Assembly: GCF_964204645.1 (NCBI RefSeq)
Contig: NC_134035.1
Location: 434,001 to 498,000 of the forward strand
Direction: 5' to 3'
Length of the DNA: 64,000 nucleotides
DNA from: Tubulanus polymorphus
Lineage: Eukaryota; Animalia; Nemertea
Shown: positions 41,901-53,900 of the stretch, piece by piece
How the letters are laid out: each line of letters opens with the position of its first letter
Numbering within the stretch: the stretch's first letter is position 1
Notes under the pieces: generated by a model
Told to the model about the DNA's origin: nothing
The model's input: only the letters and a program-made list of their open reading frames with translations
The model's database searches: none
Translations under genes and position numbers: made by a program

Positions 41901-44900
41901 TTCGAGTTTGAACATGAAATATCTGAGCGTTCACTTAAAATCCAAGTAGCGGTATGTTTGGATGAATTTCAAGGGGGGCCAAAAGGACACAAGGATTTTG
42001 GTGGCCCATCTCATCAAATCTTACATCATATGAAAGCCATGATTATTTACTACAAAATAACACTAACTTGTAATGCATGGAAATAAACAGCCAATGAGCT
42101 ATTCGGTGAGGAGAGAATCCCACAATGATAATAAAAAGTCCGAAAATGAAACTTTGAGATAGTAGTTTATTCAACGTTTCGACTATATCCTAATAGTCAT
42201 CTTCAGGAATAATGAGATACTACAGAAATTATGAGATATATATACAATCCAGAGACAAAGAGACTAATTCAAGTAATCAGAGATGATACAAACTAAAGGA
42301 AAATTAACGTAGAAACAGTTACACGCTAAAATAGATTAAAGGGAAGCAAACTAAGGGGTGATTATAAACAACAATAGTGAGTATAAATATAAATGAAACT
42401 TAAAGTCAGTAGTAAAAAGAAAGACAAACTAAGGGGCACTTAAATTAAAACAAAGGTGAATACAAGTTAAGTCAGAGACGAAATTGATGAGAGAACAAAT
42501 AACAAATAATCAAAGGGGAAATCAAGTGTTGAGTTTAACCAGTTTACAGAGGAATTTTGATATAAGTTTATTATGGGGTGAAAAACCATTATTAAGGTTT
42601 ACAACGTTGTTCGAATTTTCAATAATTAATGCAGATTCCAAAATATGTCTTCTAGTTTTATCGCTGCAAGGGTAAACTAATTCAGCATTAGCAAAATCAA
42701 AATTGTGTGAAGTCTGAAAAACATGACTAGCAACTCCGCTTTCAGGTTTAAAGTTTTTTACATCTAATTTATGCTCTTTTATGCGTTGATTAAGATTCCG
42801 ACCTGTTTCTCCTATATATACTTTGTCGCAAACTTTACAAGGTATTTTATAAATTCCACAGTTTAGGGATTCGGTTTTCGGTTTGTTGTTAATCAATATG
42901 TTACTAAGTTTATTATTGTATTTAAAGATGAGTTGTTTATTTAGTGACCGAAGAGAAACTTTAGAATTCTCGAGGAAAGGTACATACGGTACAATGATAG
43001 GCTGTTTATCGGTAGCCAACGTAGGAGTTCTAAGGTTGTTATTTCTAAAATGCGTAGTACGAGCTTTAAGTAGAGCTTTTTTCAATAGGAAATCGGGGTA
43101 GGCAAGTTTTTTGAGAGATTGGTTAATATGGTGAATTTCATCGGGTAGAAATGAGGGGTCGCAAATTCTCAAAGCGCGAAGAAATAATCCTTGAGCTAAA
43201 CCGAGTTTAATATCCGGAGAAGTAAAAGAGAAGTAATGGAGGTAGGATTCAGCGTTGGTAGGTTTCCTATAAACCGCGAATTTCAAAAAGATATTAAACT
43301 CGGTTTAGCTCAAGGATTATTTCTTCGCGCTTTGAGAATTTGCGACCCCTCATTTCTACCCGATGAAATTCACCATATTAACCAATCTCTCAAAAAACTT
43401 GCCTACCCCGATTTCCTATTGAAAAAAGCTCTACTTAAAGCTCGTACTACGCATTTTAGAAATAACAACCTTAGAACTCCTACGTTGGCTACCGATAAAC
43501 AGCCTATCATTGTACCGTATGTACCTTTCCTCGAGAATTCTAAAGTTTCTCTTCGGTCACTAAATAAACAACTCATCTTTAAATACAATAATAAACTTAG
43601 TAACATATTGATTAACAACAAACCGAAAACCGAATCCCTAAACTGTGGAATTTATAAAATACCTTGTAAAGTTTGCGACAAAGTATATATAGGAGAAACA
43701 GGTCGGAATCTTAATCAACGCATAAAAGAGCATAAATTAGATGTAAAAAACTTTAAACCTGAAAGCGGAGTTGCTAGTCATGTTTTTCAGACTTCACACA
43801 ATTTTGATTTTGCTAATGCTGAATTAGTTTACCCTTGCAGCGATAAAACTAGAAGACATATTTTGGAATCTGCATTAATTATTGAAAATTCGAACAACGT
43901 TGTAAACCTTAATAATGGTTTTTCACCCCATAATAAACTTATATCAAAATTCCTCTGTAAACTGGTTAAACTCAACACTTGATTTCCCCTTTGATTATTT
44001 GTTATTTGTTCTCTCATCAATTTCGTCTCTGACTTAACTTGTATTCACCTTTGTTTTAATTTAAGTGCCCCTTAGTTTGTCTTTCTTTTTACTACTGACT
44101 TTAAGTTTCATTTATATTTATACTCACTATTGTTGTTTATAATCACCCCTTAGTTTGCTTCCCTTTAATCTATTTTAGCGTGTAACTGTTTCTATGTTAA
44201 TTTTCCTTTAGTTTGTATCATCTCTGATTACTTGAATTAGTCTCTTTGTCTCTGGATTGTATATATATCTCATAATTTCTGTAGTATCTCATTATTCCTG
44301 AAGATGACTATTAGGATATAGTCGAAACGTTGAATAAACTACTATCTCAAAGTTTCATTTTCGGACTTTTTATTATCATTGTGGGATTCTCTCCTCATCG
44401 CGTCAACACGGATATTGTGTTTTACCTATCGTGAGCTATTCGGTATCGCGATAAACTTGGATTTTAATTTGAATTTTCTGAGGAGTAATCGACACTACAT
44501 AGTGCAATTCCTGAGTGCTAATGGATTAAAGTTGATGTAAAGTTGATGTTAAGACAGGATCATCTACGAGGGAATACACGGGAAACAAATGACGCTTAAT
44601 TATAAAATTGAAACTTACTCGTGCAGGAATGGCCGCTGCCGCTGTTGGTTTCGTCTGCAATAAAAGAAAGAAAATTCAGTAAGTTTTTTTTTAAATATTT
44701 CATATTCAGCAGCAAACGTTAAACACAGAAGACACAAAAACTGGGCAGGTTTAATATCTGTGTCTGGAAATCGATGAAAATCGCAAAAAATAATTGCCCA
44801 TAGGCCAAGAGGTTTACCACAGCCTTATGAAATGCTTATATCAGGTAACGAAATAGGGATGTAAAGTGTAAGGTGCGAGAAGTTTCGGTCTCGGTTAGAG

Positions 44901-47900
44901 AAATGAACGTAATCATAAAATCGTAATTATAAAATAGAAACTTACTCGTGCAGGAATGGCCGCTGCCGCTGTTGTTGTTGTTGGTGGTTTCTGCTGCAAT
45001 AAAAGAAAGAAAATTCAGTTTTGTTTTAAATTTCATATTCAGCAGCAAACGTTAATAAACACAGTAGACATAAAAACTGGACAGGTTCATATAGATATCT
45101 GTATCTGAAAAATGATTTTGATGTCATTAGCATAAATTTCTTACATTAAGTTAAAATCAAACATGCCACATGGTAAATCATTTTGAAGGGAATCGAACTC
45201 AGATTAAATTCTGTAACTTTTGACAAAATTCTGATGAAAAGCTCTTTAAGAATCGATTGTTATATTATTTGATGATCATTGGTTTACATATATCTGTTGG
45301 TTAATATTATCAATGAACTTGTGGTCCAGTCGCCAATCCCACGCGAAAAATGATTTGGACGCTTGATAATCAGACTTATTTGATATTCAACGCCCCCTGG
45401 TGAAAATATACAAAAACCGTTGACCTTGAAACTCGTCACTATCATAGAAAATGTCGCAAGTGAACAGATGGAGAGATGAATAGACGGACAAAAAAGTCCA
45501 TGATACAGAAAACTTCAAACTTACAAATGCTGCTGCTGTTTTTGCTGCTGCTGCTGCTGCTGCTGCTTTCGTCTGCTATAAAAGAAAAGAGAATTCATGA
45601 ATTTCTTGCGTTATTTCGTATTCAGTTGCAAACATTAAACATAGATCATATCTTGATTAAAACAAAAGAAACAAAAAACAAGTTTTTTATCTGTGTTTGG
45701 AAAAACTCTGATATTTATGTAACTTTGAAATTGATATTTCTGTATTCGTTTGTTTTACGGTTTAAAAGATATAAAGTCCATTAAACAGACAAATTCAAAC
45801 TTACTTCTAATGCTTTTTTTTTCCTTTCCCTCTGGAAAGAAAAGAGAATTAATTTATTTAGTTTTGTTATTTCAGACTCAGTAACTGTGTGACCTAAATC
45901 CGCCTGTAATTATTCGAAAGAATTTACTTACTTCCATTTTTCTCTTCTCTTTCAGAGTCTATTAAATAAAAACGATTCAATTAAATTCTTTTTCTATTTT
46001 CAAGAGTGATGAGAGTAATCAACAATAGAAATTTCGGCGACGATAAACTAGAAATTATTGTGTGATTGTTTGGTATCAGCTGAGCTGTTAAAATGAGGAG
46101 AAACTAAAACTTAGCAAAGTGGCAACAACTGGAAGACAGGTAAAGAATGTTGCAGTCTTCGTAAAAAACGACAGAGTTTACTTAATTTGTTATTGACTTC
46201 GAAAGAATTAAGCTTAGCCGTCTTAAAGCGAAGTTTCACGGGAATCCATCGAGAAATAAAGGGCAAACTTTGGTTTTTCGTAGCTAGTCGACCAATGGTT
46301 GGAAATCACTGAACGCCCGATAGCTCAGTCGAAACATATTCCAGCCATCTTGGAATCATGAAGTCCGAACTACAGCGACCGTGCTCAATACCACAGTCGA
46401 TCATTTCTGACTATAGTCATAACTGACATTCTGTTGCACTTAGTTCACAAATAGTCGACTAACTGCGATAACCAAAGTTCGTCCAGGCTTTGTAGCGCTA
46501 AAAATAAATTCAAGATGGCCGCCGATGACATCCTTCAATAGGGGTTAACGTGTGCCCTATATCGCACCGAGGATTGCAGGCTGGATGATGCTGGGACTGC
46601 ACACACTGAGTAAGATTAGATGGCCCCCACAACCGAAGAAACATTAATATACTCTCATATTATAGTTGTCATAATCAAGTATGGATATTATTAACACTAT
46701 TATTCTTACCTCCTGCGCGACGAGCCGGTCGCGTAGTTCGTGGGCGTACTCGTAGCAGTTGTCAACTGCTACTTTCGGCCCACGAACTACCACAATGGCG
46801 TGTACCCTCGGCGTATCTACGATCACTTGCTGTAAATAGAGAACAAAAGAGACTGTATGAGCATTTTAAATCAGTAGCAGTTTGAAAGTGATGAGAAATA
46901 AACGTCATTCACTGAAAGCTCGTTATATACAACAATGAATTTCAGTAATCTGTTCGTTTATAATCGATATGAAATTATTAAAATGTTTTATTTTGGACGG
47001 AATTCTCAGGTTTATAATAAAACTAAGAAATAGTTAGATAAGTCGTTATATCCAAAGTCATTTTAACGTGAATACAAAATGTATAGAGCATTTTCACCCT
47101 TTGACTGTTTAATTTATGTAATCAAAGTGGCTCCCCCTAGGGTAAGCTGCACTTCCTTTGAAATCAATCTTTTTCACATTACCGGATGTTTTCGCGTCAG
47201 CGTCTTCTGGAACGAGGCCCTGAGCGACGTCCCCAACTTTAATTCGAAAACTGTTTCGATTTCCTGAAATATAAATGAAAAATTTTACATCTCCATAAAT
47301 ATCAATTAGAGGAAAACTGAAAGAGGTGTTTATTGACACCTTGAATGACACATGAATTGCTTGTCAACGATTGACGATATATGAATTAATCGGGGTCGAA
47401 TTCTGTATTTTCCTTTCATAGGAATGAAAGTTACGAAAGCAGTGTTGTCGTATGTCAGTTACATCTTTATTCTTCAAGTTCTCCGTGTTCCTGTTCCGTC
47501 CGATGAGTCGGGGTAGTCAATCAGTGTGACTACTAGCAGGATCAATAAATATATGTTGAATTTGAATATATCGATGATTGAATTGAACTGACCGGCAAAA
47601 TCTCTAGTCTCTAGCCCCGATATATCAACGAGGTAATACCGGTACACAAATGTCTATTGCCAATAAGACATATATAAAATTTATCGAACAGAAAACATAC
47701 AGAATGAAATATGTTATATTCAGAGTTGCCACTTATGTGAAGCTAAAAATCCGGAAAATAAGTCGGGGGTCTGGGGCCCTCCCCCCAAAAAAATTTTTAA
47801 ATTAGAACGCCAGGAGATGCGTTCTGGCGCAATACGCGTTATAGGCCTCACTTTCATTACCGCCTATAGATCTTTTTTTCAAATAGCAATTGGCTCCGGC

Positions 47901-50900
47901 AAATACACCTCATATATAAACCAGAGCCAAAAAAACAAACGAAGCGTCAGTCGATTTCGATCGTCGCGTCATCTTGGTTTAATCGTGTACTGCGCGCGGG
48001 GTTGTTGCCACTACGTGGCAGCACAATACGGCTTTTTCGAACCCTCTACGGAGCCGTCACGTTTTGATGTTTAGGGTCGAATCCCGAATTGATTTTATTT
48101 TTTTCGCGATGTTTTCTTTTGTGGTTATTTGACTTCTCCCGAAAATCCGGAAATGAAATTGGATTTTTTTTAAATCCGGAATTCCGGAGAAATCCGGAGA
48201 AGTGGCAACACTGTATATTACAAAATGGATAAGCGAACATTCACAATTGTAATTGTTATTTTGAAATGCTTCAATATTGAAATCTTCACCTGTCAAGGGA
48301 TTCGAACCCACTACGCTAAAGCTGTTCCCCGAACCCCCTGACCTCACGAGTCGTTGGAGTCGTTACTAGCCGACCAGAATCCGGTCGTACCAATCACAGC
48401 GCTTGTAACAAACCGTCAGTAGACTTATGTTGGTTTTCCCGTTAAATAGACCAATCAGCGAACGTTTTACCGAACAAGGAAGTATTTCGCAAATCGATAT
48501 ATGACGTCACGCGCAACAGCGCCAGTAATGAAATCACGCTTCATGAGGCCAGGGGGCTGGTGGAAGCGAGTTCGGGAGTGATACCGGACCCCTGGCAAGC
48601 GTTATATTACAAAATGGATAAGCGAACATTCACAATTGTAATTGTTATTTTGAAATGCTCCAATATTGATGACGTAGCGCACATTGACTCACACAAAACC
48701 ATAGGCGTCCCCGAGGGGGGTGCAGGGGTAGCGGACCCTTTTCAAGATAGCTAACTTCTCAAGTTAACATGTAATCAATGTTCAAGATTTTTCTTGCCAA
48801 TTTGACTTAAGTCCTTTAACTCTAAGTGATTCATTTAGAGCCTGGAAAACGTCTCTAAAGCCTCAAATTTAAAAAAAAGTTTTTTGGGGGAGGCCCCCCA
48901 AACACCAGACATTGTGCTTGGATGCTGGATTGATGCTTATTCGAACCCCGTATGAAAATTCCTGGGGACGCCTATGAGAACCTGTTTTAAATAACGCACA
49001 GGTATGAATGTATATGAACATCGTTGTAATTCCGGTTTTTACGGCATCAAAAAAGTTGCGATATTTGCTTCGCTATTAACACTCCCTCCCGTTAAATAAT
49101 ACAGTCGAAGTACCAAAAAATTGCATCAAAAGATTGAATCGTGAGAGCATCTCAAAAACGACATTTCAATAAATTGTCGTTAAGCCCTTGGGTTGTTTAT
49201 CCTATACCTGAAATTTAAGGAGTTAGCAAATAAACTGGTCGCTGAGCTATAATTAATTGGAGAGGCGCAGTGGCCAAGTGGACTAAGCCGCCGGTCACTG
49301 GTCTCGTCAATCCAGGGTTTATAGGTTCAAACCCTTGTGACGACAGAGTTTCTTAGTCGAATGTTTTTCTCTGGTCTCTTAAACAACGAATCCACTTATA
49401 ATGCCATGTGTGGCGCTTAGCGTTTTGAGGCTCTTAAAAAGAGCTATAATTCGTGCAAATTAGATCATTTTTCAAAAAATTGTTACCAATCTTTTCTAAG
49501 GGTCAGTCATACCCTAGAAACCTTTCAATTAACATTAAGCTCATCTCTTACAGTTTTCACTCTATGGAGCTCGAAAGTTTCTATCGATTTTCCTACTTTT
49601 ATGTTACCAATGATGGGCACTCTGAGTGTTTTTTTTTATCAAATCACCCGTGAGTGCTGAAAGAGTTATGCCCTTGGATGATATATACTGGGAGGTGGGT
49701 TGATCCGACGTGGCTCCTTAACTCATTTCCACCCAAACACGTACTCGTATGTTCGTTATCTCCCATCACATTCCTGCCAAAACCGTACTGGCAAAATGGT
49801 TGGCTTGTTTCTTAACTCAAAACCGTACCGATACGGTTGGCTTGTTTCTTAACTCAAAACCCTACCGATACGGTTTGCTTGATTCTTAACTCAAAACCGT
49901 ACCGATACGGTTGGCTTGATTCTTAACTCAAAACCGTACCGATACGGTTGGCTTGGTTCTTAACTCTAACGATAGATGGCGAATTCATCGCACAACACCA
50001 GTTAGTTTAATGCCTTTTAATACTAAACAAACTCATCAGTTGTTCTATACAGTGTGCGAGTGACATCATCTATTGAAATGGGGGCTGAACACGCATGAAC
50101 GAGCATATATTCTGCAAAATACTCCCTCTGCACTGGTTATCGCTACAGATTTTATCACTCTTAGAAGAAATGCCGCTTATTTTACATGAAAATGCAAGAC
50201 CAGATCAAAGATATAAAACAAATTTGATGAGAAGATATCTCTTCTTGTTTTTGTTTTATGAATCTCTGAAAAACACGGAAATCCTGGCAAAATGCAGCAT
50301 TGCCTGAAAAATAGGCGTGGCAGGCAAAGAGTTACGAATGTTCTTCATTTATATTCCCGCTTTTTTTCTCATATACCCTAATTATTCACTCGCCTTAAGC
50401 CCGCCGCACCGGCATAACATTTTTTTCGCCAAAACAGAAAACACACTTTTCAGAACACGTTTTGCCCACAAACAATAAAATGTTCAACGGACACGACATT
50501 TTGCTGTTCGGCGTTTTGTGTTTTGCCTTCCCCGCACACGGCATAACAAAAAAGAGGCTTTAACCTCATGTACTAACACAATACAAATCATTTTCATCTC
50601 AAGTCTCAACATATTACAATTGATAACCAGCCAACAGAATGGATACATCTAAACTTACTTCGATGTCTGGGGACGCCAACGTGGACCTCGTTCCAGTGTG
50701 ATGCTGTAAAAGAATAAAATTCATTAATACAAAGCCTAGGAATTGGTAAATCGACCATGGAAAACATCATCTTGTTTTGCAGAAAATCTACCAGGCGAAA
50801 GAAAAAAATGAGTCGGAATCTATTCAATCGTTGCGCTTATGAAAATCAGCACCAGTTTATGGGCATAAAAATGTGCGCCAAGAATTGAATTTGATGACCA

Positions 50901-53900
50901 ATACAAATAAACCAAAAATAGACAGGTTTGATATCTGTAACCGAACTGGATTTAGAGCCGCCTTTTTTCAGGTCAAAAACGATAAGTTACGAAGGGAATC
51001 GAACTCCGATTTAATTCTGTAACTTTGATGATAATTCTGACGAAAAACTCATAAGAATCGGTTGTTTCAAGGTAACAGAAGAATTAATACTTACTGCCTT
51101 TGCTGCTGTTTGTTTACGCTGATGACATGAAAGAAAAAAAGAGAATTCATTTTAGTTTTGTTATTTCACGTTCACACGTTAAATACAGTAAATATAAATA
51201 CATCAATAAGAGATACATAAAATATATGCACATATATCCGTGAGCAAATGCTTCCAGATTTTACTGTGTGTGCTAATGTTATATAAAAGAAACTTGATAT
51301 ATAAAATAATTCTAAGTGACGGGAATTTATTTCATTGAAAGCAGGATTATTTTCATGACTTTGTTCCTGGTATGAAATATACGATGAAAATCACAAACAA
51401 ATCATCGGCTGTCAGAAAGAAATAAACACCACAGAAATTCCATGATACAGAAAACTTCTCACTTACTTCTGGTGCTGTTGTTCTTGTCGTCGTCGAATTC
51501 TGTCGCAATAAAAAAAAAGAAGAGAATTCATGAATTTCTTGCATTATTTCATATTCAGTAGCAAACATTAAACACAGGAGATCATATTATAATTAAAACA
51601 AAAGACAAGTTTTATATCTGTATTCGGGAAAAACCTCGATATTTCAGTATTCGTTTGTTTTAGGGTTTTATTTAAACAATATAAAGTCCATTAAACAGAA
51701 AAATTCAAACTTACTGTATTCGTCGCTGTTTGTCTGTTCTGTTGCAATAAAAGAAAAGAGAATTCATTAATTTCTTGCATTAAAACTCTGATCTCTGTAA
51801 CTTTGATATTTCTGTATTCGTTTGTTTTACAGTTTGATTCAAACGATATAGAGTCCATGAAACAGAAAAATTCAAACTTCTGTTGTCATTGCTGCTGCTG
51901 CTGCTGCTGCTGCTGCCGCTGCAGCAGCAAACTGTCGCGATGAAAGAAAAGTAATTAATTGCGTTGTTATTTCATATTGAGTAGCACACATTTAACAGAG
52001 ATCATGATTAAAACGAATACCAGACAGGTTTAATATCTGGAAAAAGATTTCATCAGAGTAAACTTGTTACAATGAGAGAAAACCAAAAACACCACGCGAT
52101 AAATCAGTTTGATAATTCCTTTTATCGGGATATTTGCACTTTAAAAATGACAATTGTAATTATCATCATTACTATTATCGTTGTTACTACGAGTATGATG
52201 ATAATTATGAAAGACGAAATCAGTTACAACTTGCTTAAAGAGTTATGAAGTTTCAATGACTCTCAGCGAAAATGGTAGATATCATATTCCACCGAGGAGA
52301 TTAATAGAAAACTTACAAAATGAATTTCCGCTTCTACTGTTATCTAGAAAAGAGAATTAACATTCATATCTATAAAAATCATTCATTAAATGATCAATGA
52401 ATCTAAGCACCAGTTTTATGGAGACCAATGTTTACTTTAATAAATCTGGGTTAACTTGATTAAAAGTGAATTCAGTTAACTGAGCACGGGTTAAACATAA
52501 TACCAGTCTAACCGGCTTCAGAGGACCAGGTTAAACAAAACAGGTTTACATAAAATGATATCATAAAATCTAAACTTACTGGCGGCGGAATTTCCTCCAG
52601 GACTTCTGGCTGTTAGAAAAGAACAATAACATTCACATTCAGGTCAAAAACGATAAGTTATGAAGGGAATCAAACTCCGATTAAATTCTGTAATTTTGAT
52701 GATAATTCTGTTGAAAAACTCATAAGAATCGGTTGTTTCAAGGTAACAGAAGAATTAATACTTACTGCCTTTGCTGCTGTTTGTTTACGCTGATGACATG
52801 AAAGAAAAAAAGAGAATTCATTTTAGTTTTGTTATTTCACGTTCACACGTTAAATACAGTAAATATAAATACATCAATAAGAGATACATAAAATATATGC
52901 ACATATATCCGTGAGCAAATGCTTCCAGATTTTACTGTGTGCGCTAATGTTATATAAAAAAAACTTGATTATAAAATAATTCTAAGTGACGGGAATTTAT
53001 TTCATTGAAAGCAGGATTATTTTCATGACTTTGTTCCCGGTATGAAATATACAATGAAAATCACAAACAAATCATCGTCTGTCAGAAAGAAATAAACACG
53101 ACTAGAAATTCCATGATACAGAAAACTTCTCACTTACTTCTGGTGCTGTCGTTTTTGTCGTCGTCGTCGTCGTCGCTGAATTCTGTCGCAATAAAAAAAG
53201 AAGAGAATTCATGAATTTCTTGCATTATTTCATATTCAGTAGCAAACATTAAACACAGGAGATCATATTATAATTAAAACAAAAGACAAGTTTTATATCT
53301 GTATTCGGGAAAAACCTCGATATTTCAGTATTCGTTTGTTTTAGGGTTTTATTTAAACAATATAAAGTCCATTAAACAGAAAAATTCAAACTTACTGTAT
53401 TCGTCGCTGTTTGTCTGTTCTGTTGCAATAAAAGAAAAGAGAATTCATTAATTTCTTGCATTAAAACTCTGATCTCTGTAACTTTGATATTTCTGTATTC
53501 GTTTGTTTTACAGTTTGATTCAAACGATATAGAGTCCATGAAACAGAAAAATTCAAACTTCTGTTGTCGCTGCTGCTGCTGTTGCAGCAGCAAACTGTCG
53601 CGATGAAAGAATAGTAATTAATTGCGTTGTTATTTCATATTGAGTAGCACACATTTAACAGAGATCATTATTAAAACGAATACCAGACAGGTTTAATATC
53701 TGGAAAAAGATTTCATCAGAGTAAACTTGTTACAATGAGAGAAAACCAAAAACACCACGTGATAAATCAGTTTGATAATTCCTTTCATCGGGATATTTGC
53801 ACTTAAAAAATGACAATTGTAATTATTATCATTACTATTATCGTTATTACTACGAGTTTGATGATAATTATGAATTATATGCGCAAATATAAGCGTATGT

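Larger units (their letters stand above)
42108..44431. mobile_element. Penelope-like retroelement, 5'-truncated, inverted (palindromic) insertion
   Basis: Arms 42108-43214 and 43290-~44398 are near-perfect inverted copies. There is a ~34-nt extension on the right side only, and a 13-bp direct repeat tgagctattcggt at 42095-42107 and 44432-44444. Confidence 0.93.

Noticed and set aside
43236-43289. N-terminus of the 248-aa + strand ORF as a real start
   Set aside because: It is the antisense of the spacer at the Penelope inversion junction.
47455-47640. Additional microexons between exons 17 and 18
   Set aside because: Donor-like sites are present, but there is no convincing acceptor and one candidate contains an in-frame stop.
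49263-49345. Functional tRNA gene (also ~13302-13368)
   Set aside because: A and B boxes only, with no consistent cloverleaf; more likely SINE heads.
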